Source: Massilicoli timonensis
GTDB taxonomy: Bacteria > Bacillota_I > Bacilli_A > Erysipelotrichales > Erysipelotrichaceae
DNA length: 32,000 nt
Direction: 5' to 3'
Assembly (NCBI RefSeq): GCF_900199515.1
Contig: NZ_LT963434.1
Span: 1,742,180 to 1,774,179, forward strand
In this document: positions 16,589 to 24,837 of the stretch, piece after piece
How the letters are laid out: each line of letters begins with the position of its first letter
Numbering within the stretch: position 1 is the stretch's first letter
Position numbers and translations under genes: made by a program
Notes under the pieces: model-generated
Database searches by the model: none
What the model was told of the DNA's origin: nothing
The model's input: only the letters and a program-made list of their open reading frames with translations

Positions 16589-16903
16589 TTATTCTTTTTT
16601 CGCAGCTTTCAGTTCTGCGCTGTAATCCTTATCAGGGTCATATTGATTGCACAGGGAGAGCAGCAACAGCCAGATGGTATTTCCGGCCTCCTTTGGGTAC
16701 ATCCGAAGTGCCACGCAGGGCGCATGGTCGCTGTCAACAAAGGGCCTCCCGTAGCGCATAAACTGGTCGATCAGCTTTTGAGCCATCTCCCGGTATTCTT
16801 CATAGGGGTTCTGTTTTGCCTGCTGATGGAGAACCGTCATCAGCAAGTTGAACCAGTCCTCGTGCGTGTCCAGCATAACGGGCGGTAAAGACGCCATTTT
16901 CAT
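16589..16903 (-). CDS. Hypothetical protein (104 aa from MKMASLPP...)
   Basis: The track ORF starts at 16975 but overlaps the upstream gene. The ATG at 16903 follows the SD GAGGTG just after the upstream stop at 16908. Confidence 0.6.
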   Translation of the reverse strand: MKMASLPPVMLDTHEDWFNLLMTVLHQQAKQNPYEEYREMAQKLIDQFMRYGRPFVDSDHAPCVALRMYPKEAGNTIWLLLLSLCNQYDPDKDYSAELKAAKKE

Positions 16904-16907
16904 CACC

Positions 16908-17453
16908 TCATCTTTCCATGGCTGCGGTCTGCCGCTGCCGGGGAATGGAAAACCCGTAGACTTTGGCAATGTCATCGCCCAGCCTGCGGGTCACTCTCGT
17001 AATATCGGCGCGGGTTGCAATGCCGCGATATAGTTTTTCTTTCAGCAGTTCAATTTGAGAAGGGCTGGCGCTGTCCTTGTAAACGCGGTAGAGGTAAAAG
17101 TTCGTGCCATCGTGGTGGATGGCGTCGCACCGCAGATCGCCCAGCCGGTCCACATACCAGGTGGAATAATCTGTGTCGGAATACAGGCAGTCCCGGATGT
17201 TGCCGCTGGGGATTTCCTTATATCCCATACGCCGCCCATTCCACAGACCCAGGTCGCCTACGACTAAAATCGGCTGGGAAAGCTGCACAGTGAGGTTGGC
17301 GCGTTCATCATCCAGGTAATCCCCATTGATTTCATACATCAGGGAAATGCGCTCATCTTCGGATAAATCCGGGTAGTCCGCCTCCAGGTCATCCCTCCAA
17401 TCCTCATAGTCCAAGCCATAATTGCTCCAGATAACGTGTCTTTCCTCCTTCAT
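16908..17453 (-). CDS. Hypothetical protein (181 aa)
   Basis: The composition is protein-like. The start overlaps the upstream stop (ATGA at 17450-17453). The ORF belongs to a tightly coupled array. Confidence 0.7.
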   Translation of the reverse strand: MKEERHVIWSNYGLDYEDWRDDLEADYPDLSEDERISLMYEINGDYLDDERANLTVQLSQPILVVGDLGLWNGRRMGYKEIPSGNIRDCLYSDTDYSTWYVDRLGDLRCDAIHHDGTNFYLYRVYKDSASPSQIELLKEKLYRGIATRADITRVTRRLGDDIAKVYGFSIPRQRQTAAMER

Positions 17454-18409
17454 CGGGCTTCACCCCGGTCTTTCTGCCTGGGCTTGATGGGCTGCCCCTG
17501 CTCGTCATAGTTTCTGGGATCGGCGGCGGGGGTCTGCCAGCCAAACATGGAGCCGGCAAGCATGGCAGCCTCCTGCGCCTTGGTAACGCCGTTCTTCACA
17601 TTGAGGTCATCTGCAAACTCTCGGTTCTGTTGGGCGTCAGGGGTTGAAAAGTCATAGCACGGGCTGTATCCTTTTTCCCCTCTGGTCAGAAGAATCAGCT
17701 CCCCGGATGAGGGAAGTACGCTGAAACACTGCACCGGCAGAGAAGAACGCAGCGGGATCACGCTCCCGTGAGTTTGCTCCAATCGCTCCGCAAATTCGCA
17801 AATATGATACAGGGCGCTGGAATACCCTCCGCTGGTTTCAAAATGGGTTTCGTCGATGAACCGGCAGGTGCGGTCGCGGGTTTCTCCGCCGCCCGTGAAA
17901 ATGCGGATGTGGTCGCCATCGGGGATACGGAACAGCTCCTTGTAGCCGGGCGTGATAAACCGGATTCCCTGTTTAGCCTTTTCCATGTGGTGTTCCAGGA
18001 ACCGGGCAACGTAGGCGTAGAGGTAAAAGTTGTAGTCTCCATAATTGGGGTTGCACCGGAACATATAGGTGTGCTGGGGCGTCTGCACCTTAAAACCGTA
18101 CTCAGCACAGTAGTTTCCCTCAAACTCAGCCTCCGGGCGCTGATAGCAAAACCTGGTCATGCTGTCACGGGTGTAGAGCAGCCCGTCCTTCTCCCGCAGG
18201 GCATTGACCACCTCATCAAGCTCCGCCTTAAACTCGTCCGTCTTGTATTCCCTTCGGTGGTCGAACCAGGAAGTGTAAAACTCTTGGCCGCTGCCAAAAT
18301 CCCCGCGCAGATGGCCGATACAGCCGGTTTGCCCTTCAAGCTGGCTGCTCTGGTTGTACGCATACAAGCGATCCTCCGGGGTCATGCTGGTAATTTTCAG
18401 CTCCATCAT
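17450..18409 (-). CDS. Hypothetical protein (319 aa)
   Basis: The ORF is long with G/C-ending codon bias. The start overlaps the upstream stop at the junction AAAGGACGTGAGCGATGATGG. Confidence 0.7.
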   Translation of the reverse strand: MMELKITSMTPEDRLYAYNQSSQLEGQTGCIGHLRGDFGSGQEFYTSWFDHRREYKTDEFKAELDEVVNALREKDGLLYTRDSMTRFCYQRPEAEFEGNYCAEYGFKVQTPQHTYMFRCNPNYGDYNFYLYAYVARFLEHHMEKAKQGIRFITPGYKELFRIPDGDHIRIFTGGGETRDRTCRFIDETHFETSGGYSSALYHICEFAERLEQTHGSVIPLRSSLPVQCFSVLPSSGELILLTRGEKGYSPCYDFSTPDAQQNREFADDLNVKNGVTKAQEAAMLAGSMFGWQTPAADPRNYDEQGQPIKPRQKDRGEAR

Positions 18410-19044
18410 CGCTCACGTCCTTTCTTTTTCGCTTGTCGGTTTTGCTCCGATATGGCCTTTTCCCGTGCCTGCCAATATTCGGGATGGTGAATTTGTACAC
18501 TACTATTGATAACAGCCTCATACGCGCCGGGGCCAAAGTGCTCGTTCACCGGAGCCTGGATCATCTTTTTATCCATCAGCTCCCGGAGAGCCACCTGCGC
18601 ATCACAGTCCTCCTCGAAGCAGAGATAGCCGCCCTCAACAAAGGCGCAGCCCATCGCTTCTTTTCGGAATATCTTTTCCGCCAATTCCCGGCGCACCATA
18701 ATTCCGCCATGCCCTGGGGTGGAAACGGAATAAACGCCGGGGCAGAGCGTTTCACATTCCTGGATATTGCCCCACGGGGAATAGGAAGGGGCCTCCGGCA
18801 CAATGGCGTTCTGCCGCTGATCCTCCAGGCACTGCACCTCCTCCTGCGCCCGCGCCACCAAATCCTTCTGCGCAGAAAACAGGTCGCTGAAATAGTGGCC
18901 CCAATCGTAGTCCGTCCGGTTACTGCATTTCCAGGTGACAAACTGCTGGGGCGCTGTCAAATGAACGCCCAAGACAAATTCGCTGTCACCCACATGACAG
19001 GAATCCGTAATGATATATCCGGCATTTTCTCTGTAATCCATCAT
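18406..19044 (-). CDS. Hypothetical protein (212 aa)
   Basis: The junction is GAAGGAGCGTGAACGATGATGG (SD plus overlapping stop and start). The N-terminal ~65 aa are weakly collinear with the N-terminus of the upstream 207-aa protein. Confidence 0.7.
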   Translation of the reverse strand: MMDYRENAGYIITDSCHVGDSEFVLGVHLTAPQQFVTWKCSNRTDYDWGHYFSDLFSAQKDLVARAQEEVQCLEDQRQNAIVPEAPSYSPWGNIQECETLCPGVYSVSTPGHGGIMVRRELAEKIFRKEAMGCAFVEGGYLCFEEDCDAQVALRELMDKKMIQAPVNEHFGPGAYEAVINSSVQIHHPEYWQAREKAISEQNRQAKKKGRER

Positions 19045-19664
19045 CGTTCACGCTCCTTCGTGGTTTTCTTTTGAGCCTGTTCCTGCTGAATCGAGGTAAG
19101 TCCATGCTTGGCCCAGCCGGGAAGGTCCTCCGGCTGTATCGTTCCCAGCACGTCCATGCGTTCATAGCGGCTCTCTTTGCCAGTATAAAGGTCAACGCAG
19201 TAACAGGCTGACCCCCTGCTGTGCGGAGAAGCCCCAAAGCCTCCCATACAGAGCTTGAGCTGACGGGTGGCTCTGCGGTATTCCCGGCGCAGCACCTCCG
19301 GCTTTATCACCACGATTTTCCCGTGCAGATCATCCTCATGGGAAATGGGGGTGCAGCCCTCCGCTGTGATGGGGCGGTCGTCTATGCCCTGTATGCGGGG
19401 CTTGTTGAGTTCTATGTGGGTTTTCTGCGCTTGCTCGGCAATTCGCTGGCCGAACAGCTCCACAATCTCCGGGAAATCATCACTGGCCATCACTTCGCTG
19501 TATTCTGCAAATAAGGCGTTTTGCCGGCAAAAGGCGCACATATACTTCATGCCGGTTTCATCCTGCGGATTTTCCCCCAGGACAACCTCCCGGTCGCCTA
19601 TATACACCGCCTGGATGACCTCATAATCACCCGCCATGCGTTTTTCTGTGGAATCATCGTTCAT
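19041..19664 (-). CDS. Hypothetical protein (207 aa)
   Basis: The ATGA overlap with the upstream stop is preceded by GGAGGCAGAGGG. The composition is protein-like. Confidence 0.7.
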   Translation of the reverse strand: MNDDSTEKRMAGDYEVIQAVYIGDREVVLGENPQDETGMKYMCAFCRQNALFAEYSEVMASDDFPEIVELFGQRIAEQAQKTHIELNKPRIQGIDDRPITAEGCTPISHEDDLHGKIVVIKPEVLRREYRRATRQLKLCMGGFGASPHSRGSACYCVDLYTGKESRYERMDVLGTIQPEDLPGWAKHGLTSIQQEQAQKKTTKERER

Positions 19665-19903
19665 CCCTCTGCCTCCATATCCTGTTTGATAAATGCTTTG
19701 ATTTCTTTTACGCTGGCAAAATCCCGTTCATCCCCGGTAAGGTAGCGCACCGTATCTCTCCATTGGGACAGCGGGTAGCTGTTCTCATCCATCCTGCACA
19801 GGTCCAAAAGGGCCGCCCGCCGCAGGATAGGCGAAAGATTTAAGTCGGAGATGAAACAGCCATGCCGGGCCGCCAGTATGTCCAGCAGGTGCAGTTCACT
19901 CAT
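19661..19903 (-). CDS. Hypothetical protein (80 aa)
   Basis: The ORF overlaps both neighbours by a few nt. An SD-like AGGTG lies 5 nt upstream of the ATG. Confidence 0.6.
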   Translation of the reverse strand: MSELHLLDILAARHGCFISDLNLSPILRRAALLDLCRMDENSYPLSQWRDTVRYLTGDERDFASVKEIKAFIKQDMEAEG

Positions 19904-20138
19904 GGCCGCACCTGCTTTCTTCGGCTTCTTTCAGCAATTCCTCCACCAGCCTGCCGCTGCGGACTTTATTGCGGTCTGCCAGCACCTTGTTCTGGACGCA
20001 CAGCACTGCCCGAATGTTGGGGACCGTAATACCGGGGATCTCCACCATCTCCTCCGGGGTGATGGTGAGAAGCTGCACCGGGGAATAACCAGCCTGGGCG
20101 AATATGCGGAACAGCCGTTGTTCAAATCGTTCTCTCAT
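19896..20138 (-). CDS. Small protein with helix-hairpin-helix-like motif (80 aa from MRERFEQ...)
   Basis: The ATG at 20138 has SD AAAGGAG 8 nt upstream. The longer track start at 20186 lies inside the terminator hairpin. EEMVEIPGITVPNIRAVL resembles an HhH motif. Confidence 0.6.
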   Translation of the reverse strand: MRERFEQRLFRIFAQAGYSPVQLLTITPEEMVEIPGITVPNIRAVLCVQNKVLADRNKVRSGRLVEELLKEAEESRCGHE

Positions 20139-20167
20139 TTGCAAAGCTCCTTTCTTTTTTGGTATGT

Positions 20168-20195
20168 AAAAGGGGCGGCCCCGCATGGCCGCCCC
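20168..20195 (-). terminator. GC-rich intrinsic terminator-like hairpin after the adhesin/small-peptide genes
   Basis: The minus strand reads GGGGCGGCC-atgcgg-GGCCGCCCC followed by TTTTAC. It starts 8 nt after the stop at 20203. Confidence 0.55.
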
Positions 20196-20202
20196 CGGCT
20201 GG

Positions 20203-20292
20203 TTACTTCTTCCGGCTTCTGACTTTCAGGAAAATCAGGCCGCCGATGATGAATACCACCAGCGCAATGGCAATGATCGTTTTCAATTCCAT
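20203..20292 (-). CDS. Small single-pass membrane peptide (29 aa)
   Basis: This ORF is not in the ORF track. Manual translation gives MELKTIIAIALVVFIIGGLIFLKVRSRKK. A strong SD TAGGAGG lies 8 nt upstream of the ATG at 20292. Confidence 0.55.
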   Translation of the reverse strand: MELKTIIAIALVVFIIGGLIFLKVRSRKK

Positions 20293-20327
20293 AAAATCAT
20301 TCCTCCTAACACAGAATCAAGCCGCAG

Positions 20328-23300
20328 TTATTTCACGGTGTTTTTGCCCTTCTTGCGCTTACCCACATAGGCCGCAACGCCCAGGGCGGCAGCGCCCATA
20401 GCGGATACGCCCATCAGAGCCGCCCACAGCCAGGGCTTGCTGTCGTCGCCGGTTTTCGGGGTGTCGCGCAGCTCGTTGTGCATTTCCGCCACGGTGGTCT
20501 TATCCGCAAAAATCGTCACCGTCTTATCCGCAGGCAGCACATAGTTGGCGCTGGCCCCATCCGACACCTCGGACACAGTGTAATCGCCCACGCGCAGGCC
20601 TTCGATGAAGATTTCACCGTTTTTATCGGTTTTGAAGGTCTGGTCGTAGCTGTTGGCCCCCGTCACGCGGAAGGAGAAGCCCTCCACCTTGCCGTCGCTG
20701 GATGTCTTTTCAATCCGAAGGGAACCAATCTGGGCCATGTTGGTGAAGCCAATCCCTGCCTCGTTCTCTACATCGTAAATCTTGCCGTTCTCGGTGATCT
20801 CCACATAGTAGGCGTTTTCATCCAGCAAGAAGCCCTCCGGCGCTTTGGTTTCCTTTACGAACACGCCGCCGTAGAGGATGTGGGACATCTCGTAAATGCC
20901 GGTGCTGGTTTCCTCCAGCTTACCCAGCAGCTCATCGCCCTCGTCCAGCTCTTTGTTGCCGTTGGTATCGCGGTACACCTCGAACTCGGCCCCAGTGAGC
21001 TTGTTGTCGGGATAATCCTTATCCACCTTCGTCAAACGCAGGTCGCCATAAATGCGCTCGTTGGCAAGGGAGATTTCCACTACCTGCCCATCTTCCTCCA
21101 CAGTAACGGGGATCACTTCATCGGAGAGGATGAACCCTTCCGGGCTTTCCAGCTCTTTCAGTACCCAATTTCCGTAAGGCACATTAGAGAAAGAAAAGCT
21201 GCCATCCTCCGCTGAGGTAGCGGTGGCCAGGGCATTTTCTGCGGTAAACTCGGTTTCGTCGTTCTTAAAGAGACCAATCACAGCCCCGCCCAGGCCCGTG
21301 CCGTTTTCGTCAGTTTTGAGGCCCTTGATTTCACCGCGGATCAGCTCGTTGGTGACAGCCTCGCCATCATTGGCGGAAATCTCTACCACGGCAATGGAAG
21401 GCCCGCCGTACTCAAAGGTGAACGGGAAGGTTTCGCCATTCAGCAGGTAATGGCTGTCGGTGGACAGCTCCTTCAAGTAGAAGCTGCCGAAAGGCAGGTC
21501 GGTGCTGCAAACGGCCTGGCCATTCTCATTCACAGAAACGATTTCCAGAAGCCCGTTTGCCGGAATCACGGAACCATCCGCTGCGGTGATGTCCTCCTGG
21601 GCATAGAGGCCAAAGGTCACGGCGGAAATTTCGCCATTCATGCCAATGCCAAAGATTTCATCCTGTTCCAGCACCTTGTCAAGCGTCACAAGGGCTTTTT
21701 GGCGCTGGTTGTAGAAGCTGGCAGAGGTTTCGGTGACTTCCACCTCCTGGCCTGCGTACACCAGCTCCACGTTGGTGACGTTCTCGCCGGTATCCACCAT
21801 GCCGTGGGGGAACTGGATTTCCTTCACCTGGAATTTGCCCAGGTAAAGGGGCTGGCTCTGGGCCGTCCCGTCCTCGCCGGTGGTGATGGTGTCCACTACC
21901 TCGCCCGCAGAGTAGCGCAGGGTGCCGTCCAGGGTGTAGACGTCCTCCAGGGCGGTGATTTCAAACACCGCACCGGGCAGGCCCTGCACCTCGTACACCG
22001 GCTGGTAAACGCCTTCGCTTTCTGCCACAGAGGAGAACACCTCGCCGGTTTTGCTGACCTTGATGATTCCTTTCTGGGCCATGTTGGGCTTGGTAACTTC
22101 GATCACCGTCACGCCGCCTTCCTCGCTGGAATTGTCCTCGGTCACATCAAAGTAAACCGGGGTGCTGTCCAGCACATAGCCGTAGGGGGCCTGTACTTCA
22201 ACCAGAGAGTACCCGGAGCCGTACTCCAGCTTTTCCGGGGTGACAAGGTAGCCCTCGGAATTGGTGTAGAACGTATCAATGGTGGTGGGCGTCGGGTAAG
22301 TGAAGGTCATTTCCACCTTGCTGCCATCCGGGCGGTAAATCTGGAACCCGGCCCCCGCATAGGGGATGGTGACGCCGGTTTCCGCGTCCACCTTGACCAC
22401 CTTGATGAAGCTCTCAAAATTGGCGTTGTTGATAAGGTAGCGGTAGGTCTGACCATCCTGGGCGATATACACTTCAAAATCGTCCATCAGCTCGCGGCCT
22501 TCCCAGCCCTTGGTCTGGCGGACGATATAAGTGCCGTAGGGCAGCTTCTTCGACTGTGCAAAGCCGTTCTCATCGCAGACGAGAACATCGCGCTCAGATT
22601 CCTTGGCATTTTCATAGCTGCCGGCTGATTTCAAGAATACCTGGAACTCTGCGCCGGATTCCGGAGTTTCGATCTGGGTTTCCCCATCATCGGTGTGCTT
22701 GATGATGGCAATGTCGCCCTTGATGACTTGCTCCGTCACATCGTTGGCTGTATCGTTCAGCTCAATGGTATAAAGCTCCGGCTCCGCGCCTACCTTGTGG
22801 ATGGTGGAATCCAGCAGGTAGCCCTCGCTGGGGCCGATTTCACGGATTGTCCAGTCCGAATCACAGACGTAATAACCGGTGGTGAACTGGCCGTTTTCGT
22901 CCGTGGTGAAGCTGTCGATGAGGGTGTCTCCCTTATACAGCCCATACACAGCGCCGGCCAGGGAACCATCGCCCTGGGGCGCGCCTGTTTCCACGTCGCT
23001 CTTGGTGACGGTGACACGGAACTTTTTCAGCACGTTGTTCACGCTCTTGTGGGTCACTTCATTCCACTCGATGGTGGCTGTCTGGGAATCCGGCACCACA
23101 TAACGGATAGGGGTATCCACCTCCTCCAGTACATAGCCCGTGCCGATGAGCACGTTTTCAAAGCGCGCCACACCGCTGGAATCCGTCACAGCATATTCGT
23201 CCACCGGCTGCCCGGAGAGGGATGTGCCGGACAGATGGAAGGTCATGCCCTCCACCAGCCCGTCCTCGCTGGTTTTCGTCACTTCCAGGCTGCCGCGCTT

Positions 23301-24557
23301 CAGCTTGTTATTGAAAGTTACGGTGGCGGTCTGGCCGCTGACGATGGTCACGCGCTGGGTTTCCTGGGGTTCATACTTATCAATCGACTGCTCGGTTACG
23401 GTATAAACGCCAGGGTTGAGGTCGGTGATGTCGATCTCGCCCGCCTCATTGGTGGTCTTGGTGGCGCTGTACCCCTCGCCGGTGATAGTGAAGTTGATCC
23501 CGGCTACCTGACCGTCCTCGGAAGTCTTAATCAGCTTCATGTTGCCGGTTTTCACTTCCAGGTTCAGATAGCCTACCATCTGGTCGGAAACGGTTTCCCC
23601 GTAGGTGGCAAAGTCCTGTTTGCCGCCGCCAGTAACGCCGTCCGTCCAAACCACAACGCCGCTGCGCTGGGCAGTCACTTTTTCCGCCTTAATGGTCACA
23701 GAGCCTTTGATGGCCTGGGCGGAAGTGATGGTGAGCTGGTTGCCATCCACAGAGAAATTCAGGCCGGTGGTGCTGCTGGAGAAGGTGTAGTCACCCAGCA
23801 CACCGTTGGTATCCGTGAGAGTGAGGGAATACTGCTGGCCGTCCCATTTCAGCTCATAGGCCCCGGCGTCTACGGTGCTGCTGAAAAAGCTGGGAAGCAT
23901 AGTATGGCGCTTGACCGCGCTCTCAATGGCGGAATACTGGCTGAAAATCTCGCTGTACAGGGGATGGTCGGCGCTGATATATTCCGTCACGTTATTTTTG
24001 CCCTGGGCGTTGGCGTCCACATGGTTAAACTGGCTGTCGCGCTCACCCACGACAGTTTCCCAAACAAGAAGCTGGGTAGCGATATATCCCGCGATCTTGC
24101 TGGCGTCCTCCGGGTTCCCACTCATCCATGAGGTGCTGGCGTTGCCCTGCCAGCCATAGGTCATAATCCGCCCGATATATTCTTTGATGGTATCCGGCGG
24201 GATGGTGGGGTTCAGGTTGGACGGGTAGTTATCCCAGAAATCTTCGCCCCGGCCCGTGTACTGGTCGCCGGTATTCACACCGACGCCCGGCTCAATACAG
24301 TAGATGGCCCTGCCATTGAAGGCGTCCTGGGTGTGGACGGAAAAGCTGTCGTTCTCTCCGGTGGACCAGCCGCCCAGGAAATTCAGTGCGGGATGGCCCC
24401 ATCCGGCCTTGTTGGGGTCGCTGGCACGGGGCAGGTCGATCATATACGTCGTCATGGTTTCGCCTGCGGCAAAAGCCGTGGTTCCTGTCCCTACGAACAC
24501 GCCCAGGCACATGAGCAGGGCCATGAACAGGGACAGAGGCTTTCTCAATGCTTTCAT
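20328..24557 (-). CDS. Cell-wall-anchored surface adhesin: signal peptide, thioester-type domain, ~9 Cna-B/SpaA-like repeats, xPKTG sorting signal
   Basis: The start ATG at 24557 has SD AAGGAGG and gives MKALRKPLSLFMALLMCLGVFVGTGTTAFA. The TED-like motifs are AIYCIEPG (Cys codon 24297-24299) and ATQLLVWE (Gln codon 24072-24074). The repeats follow the pattern L/I.V.K.d...G..l.GA.F.l. The C-terminus is TPKTGD (20448-20459) plus a hydrophobic helix plus KRKKGK. Confidence 0.9.
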   Translation of the reverse strand: MKALRKPLSLFMALLMCLGVFVGTGTTAFAAGETMTTYMIDLPRASDPNKAGWGHPALNFLGGWSTGENDSFSVHTQDAFNGRAIYCIEPGVGVNTGDQYTGRGEDFWDNYPSNLNPTIPPDTIKEYIGRIMTYGWQGNASTSWMSGNPEDASKIAGYIATQLLVWETVVGERDSQFNHVDANAQGKNNVTEYISADHPLYSEIFSQYSAIESAVKRHTMLPSFFSSTVDAGAYELKWDGQQYSLTLTDTNGVLGDYTFSSSTTGLNFSVDGNQLTITSAQAIKGSVTIKAEKVTAQRSGVVVWTDGVTGGGKQDFATYGETVSDQMVGYLNLEVKTGNMKLIKTSEDGQVAGINFTITGEGYSATKTTNEAGEIDITDLNPGVYTVTEQSIDKYEPQETQRVTIVSGQTATVTFNNKLKRGSLEVTKTSEDGLVEGMTFHLSGTSLSGQPVDEYAVTDSSGVARFENVLIGTGYVLEEVDTPIRYVVPDSQTATIEWNEVTHKSVNNVLKKFRVTVTKSDVETGAPQGDGSLAGAVYGLYKGDTLIDSFTTDENGQFTTGYYVCDSDWTIREIGPSEGYLLDSTIHKVGAEPELYTIELNDTANDVTEQVIKGDIAIIKHTDDGETQIETPESGAEFQVFLKSAGSYENAKESERDVLVCDENGFAQSKKLPYGTYIVRQTKGWEGRELMDDFEVYIAQDGQTYRYLINNANFESFIKVVKVDAETGVTIPYAGAGFQIYRPDGSKVEMTFTYPTPTTIDTFYTNSEGYLVTPEKLEYGSGYSLVEVQAPYGYVLDSTPVYFDVTEDNSSEEGGVTVIEVTKPNMAQKGIIKVSKTGEVFSSVAESEGVYQPVYEVQGLPGAVFEITALEDVYTLDGTLRYSAGEVVDTITTGEDGTAQSQPLYLGKFQVKEIQFPHGMVDTGENVTNVELVYAGQEVEVTETSASFYNQRQKALVTLDKVLEQDEIFGIGMNGEISAVTFGLYAQEDITAADGSVIPANGLLEIVSVNENGQAVCSTDLPFGSFYLKELSTDSHYLLNGETFPFTFEYGGPSIAVVEISANDGEAVTNELIRGEIKGLKTDENGTGLGGAVIGLFKNDETEFTAENALATATSAEDGSFSFSNVPYGNWVLKELESPEGFILSDEVIPVTVEEDGQVVEISLANERIYGDLRLTKVDKDYPDNKLTGAEFEVYRDTNGNKELDEGDELLGKLEETSTGIYEMSHILYGGVFVKETKAPEGFLLDENAYYVEITENGKIYDVENEAGIGFTNMAQIGSLRIEKTSSDGKVEGFSFRVTGANSYDQTFKTDKNGEIFIEGLRVGDYTVSEVSDGASANYVLPADKTVTIFADKTTVAEMHNELRDTPKTGDDSKPWLWAALMGVSAMGAAALGVAAYVGKRKKGKNTVK

Positions 24558-24582
24558 CGTGTTACCTCCTTGAAATGGCCGC

Positions 24583-24610
24583 AAAAAAAGCACATCGCTC
24601 TGGATGTGCT
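24583..24610 (-). terminator. Rho-independent terminator 26 nt upstream of the adhesin start codon
   Basis: The minus strand reads AGCACATC-cagagc-GATGTGCT followed by TTTTTTT. Confidence 0.65.
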
Positions 24611-24638
24611 GCTTACGGCTGGATTCTGTTTACGTTCT

Positions 24639-24672
24639 AAAAAAGAGAGGTGCGCCAGGCGTTCTCCACCTC
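24639..24672 (-). terminator. Weaker terminator-like hairpin in the parB-adhesin leader
   Basis: The minus strand reads GAGGTG-14 nt-CACCTC followed by TCTTTTTT. The stem is only 6 bp. Confidence 0.35.
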
Positions 24673-24837
24673 ATCCGTTCTATCTGCCAAACCTTTGGAT
24701 TCTTGAAAGAACCATCCTCCCCAAATATCTTCTTCTTTAGGCTGTTTAGGTGGTATGAGGGGGTGAGGTGTGGAGAGGGGGAACAGCGAAAACGCCGGTT
24801 CCCTGCAAATGGGCGCACTGCTCCCTTGGCAGTAAGG

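Noticed and set aside
20139-20186. The longer start (20186) for the HhH-like small protein
   Set aside because: The extra 16 codons begin within the GC hairpin terminator and lack an SD. The ATG at 20138 has AAAGGAG at the proper spacing.
22170-22190. A 12-nt match (ACATAGCCGTAG) inside the adhesin gene to the inverted-repeat/motif sequence at 6297-6308
   Set aside because: It lies within coding sequence (antisense of ...PYGYVL...). It lacks the rest of the motif (no TTAGCCGCCC block and no partner arm). It is most likely coincidental.
20478-24131. Plus-strand ORFs of 245-478 aa antisense to the adhesin gene (20478..21215, 21450..22628, 22695..24131)
   Set aside because: The reason is the same as above. 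They are antisense shadows of a repetitive, GC-rich adhesin gene whose own frame has a signal peptide, repeats and a sorting signal.
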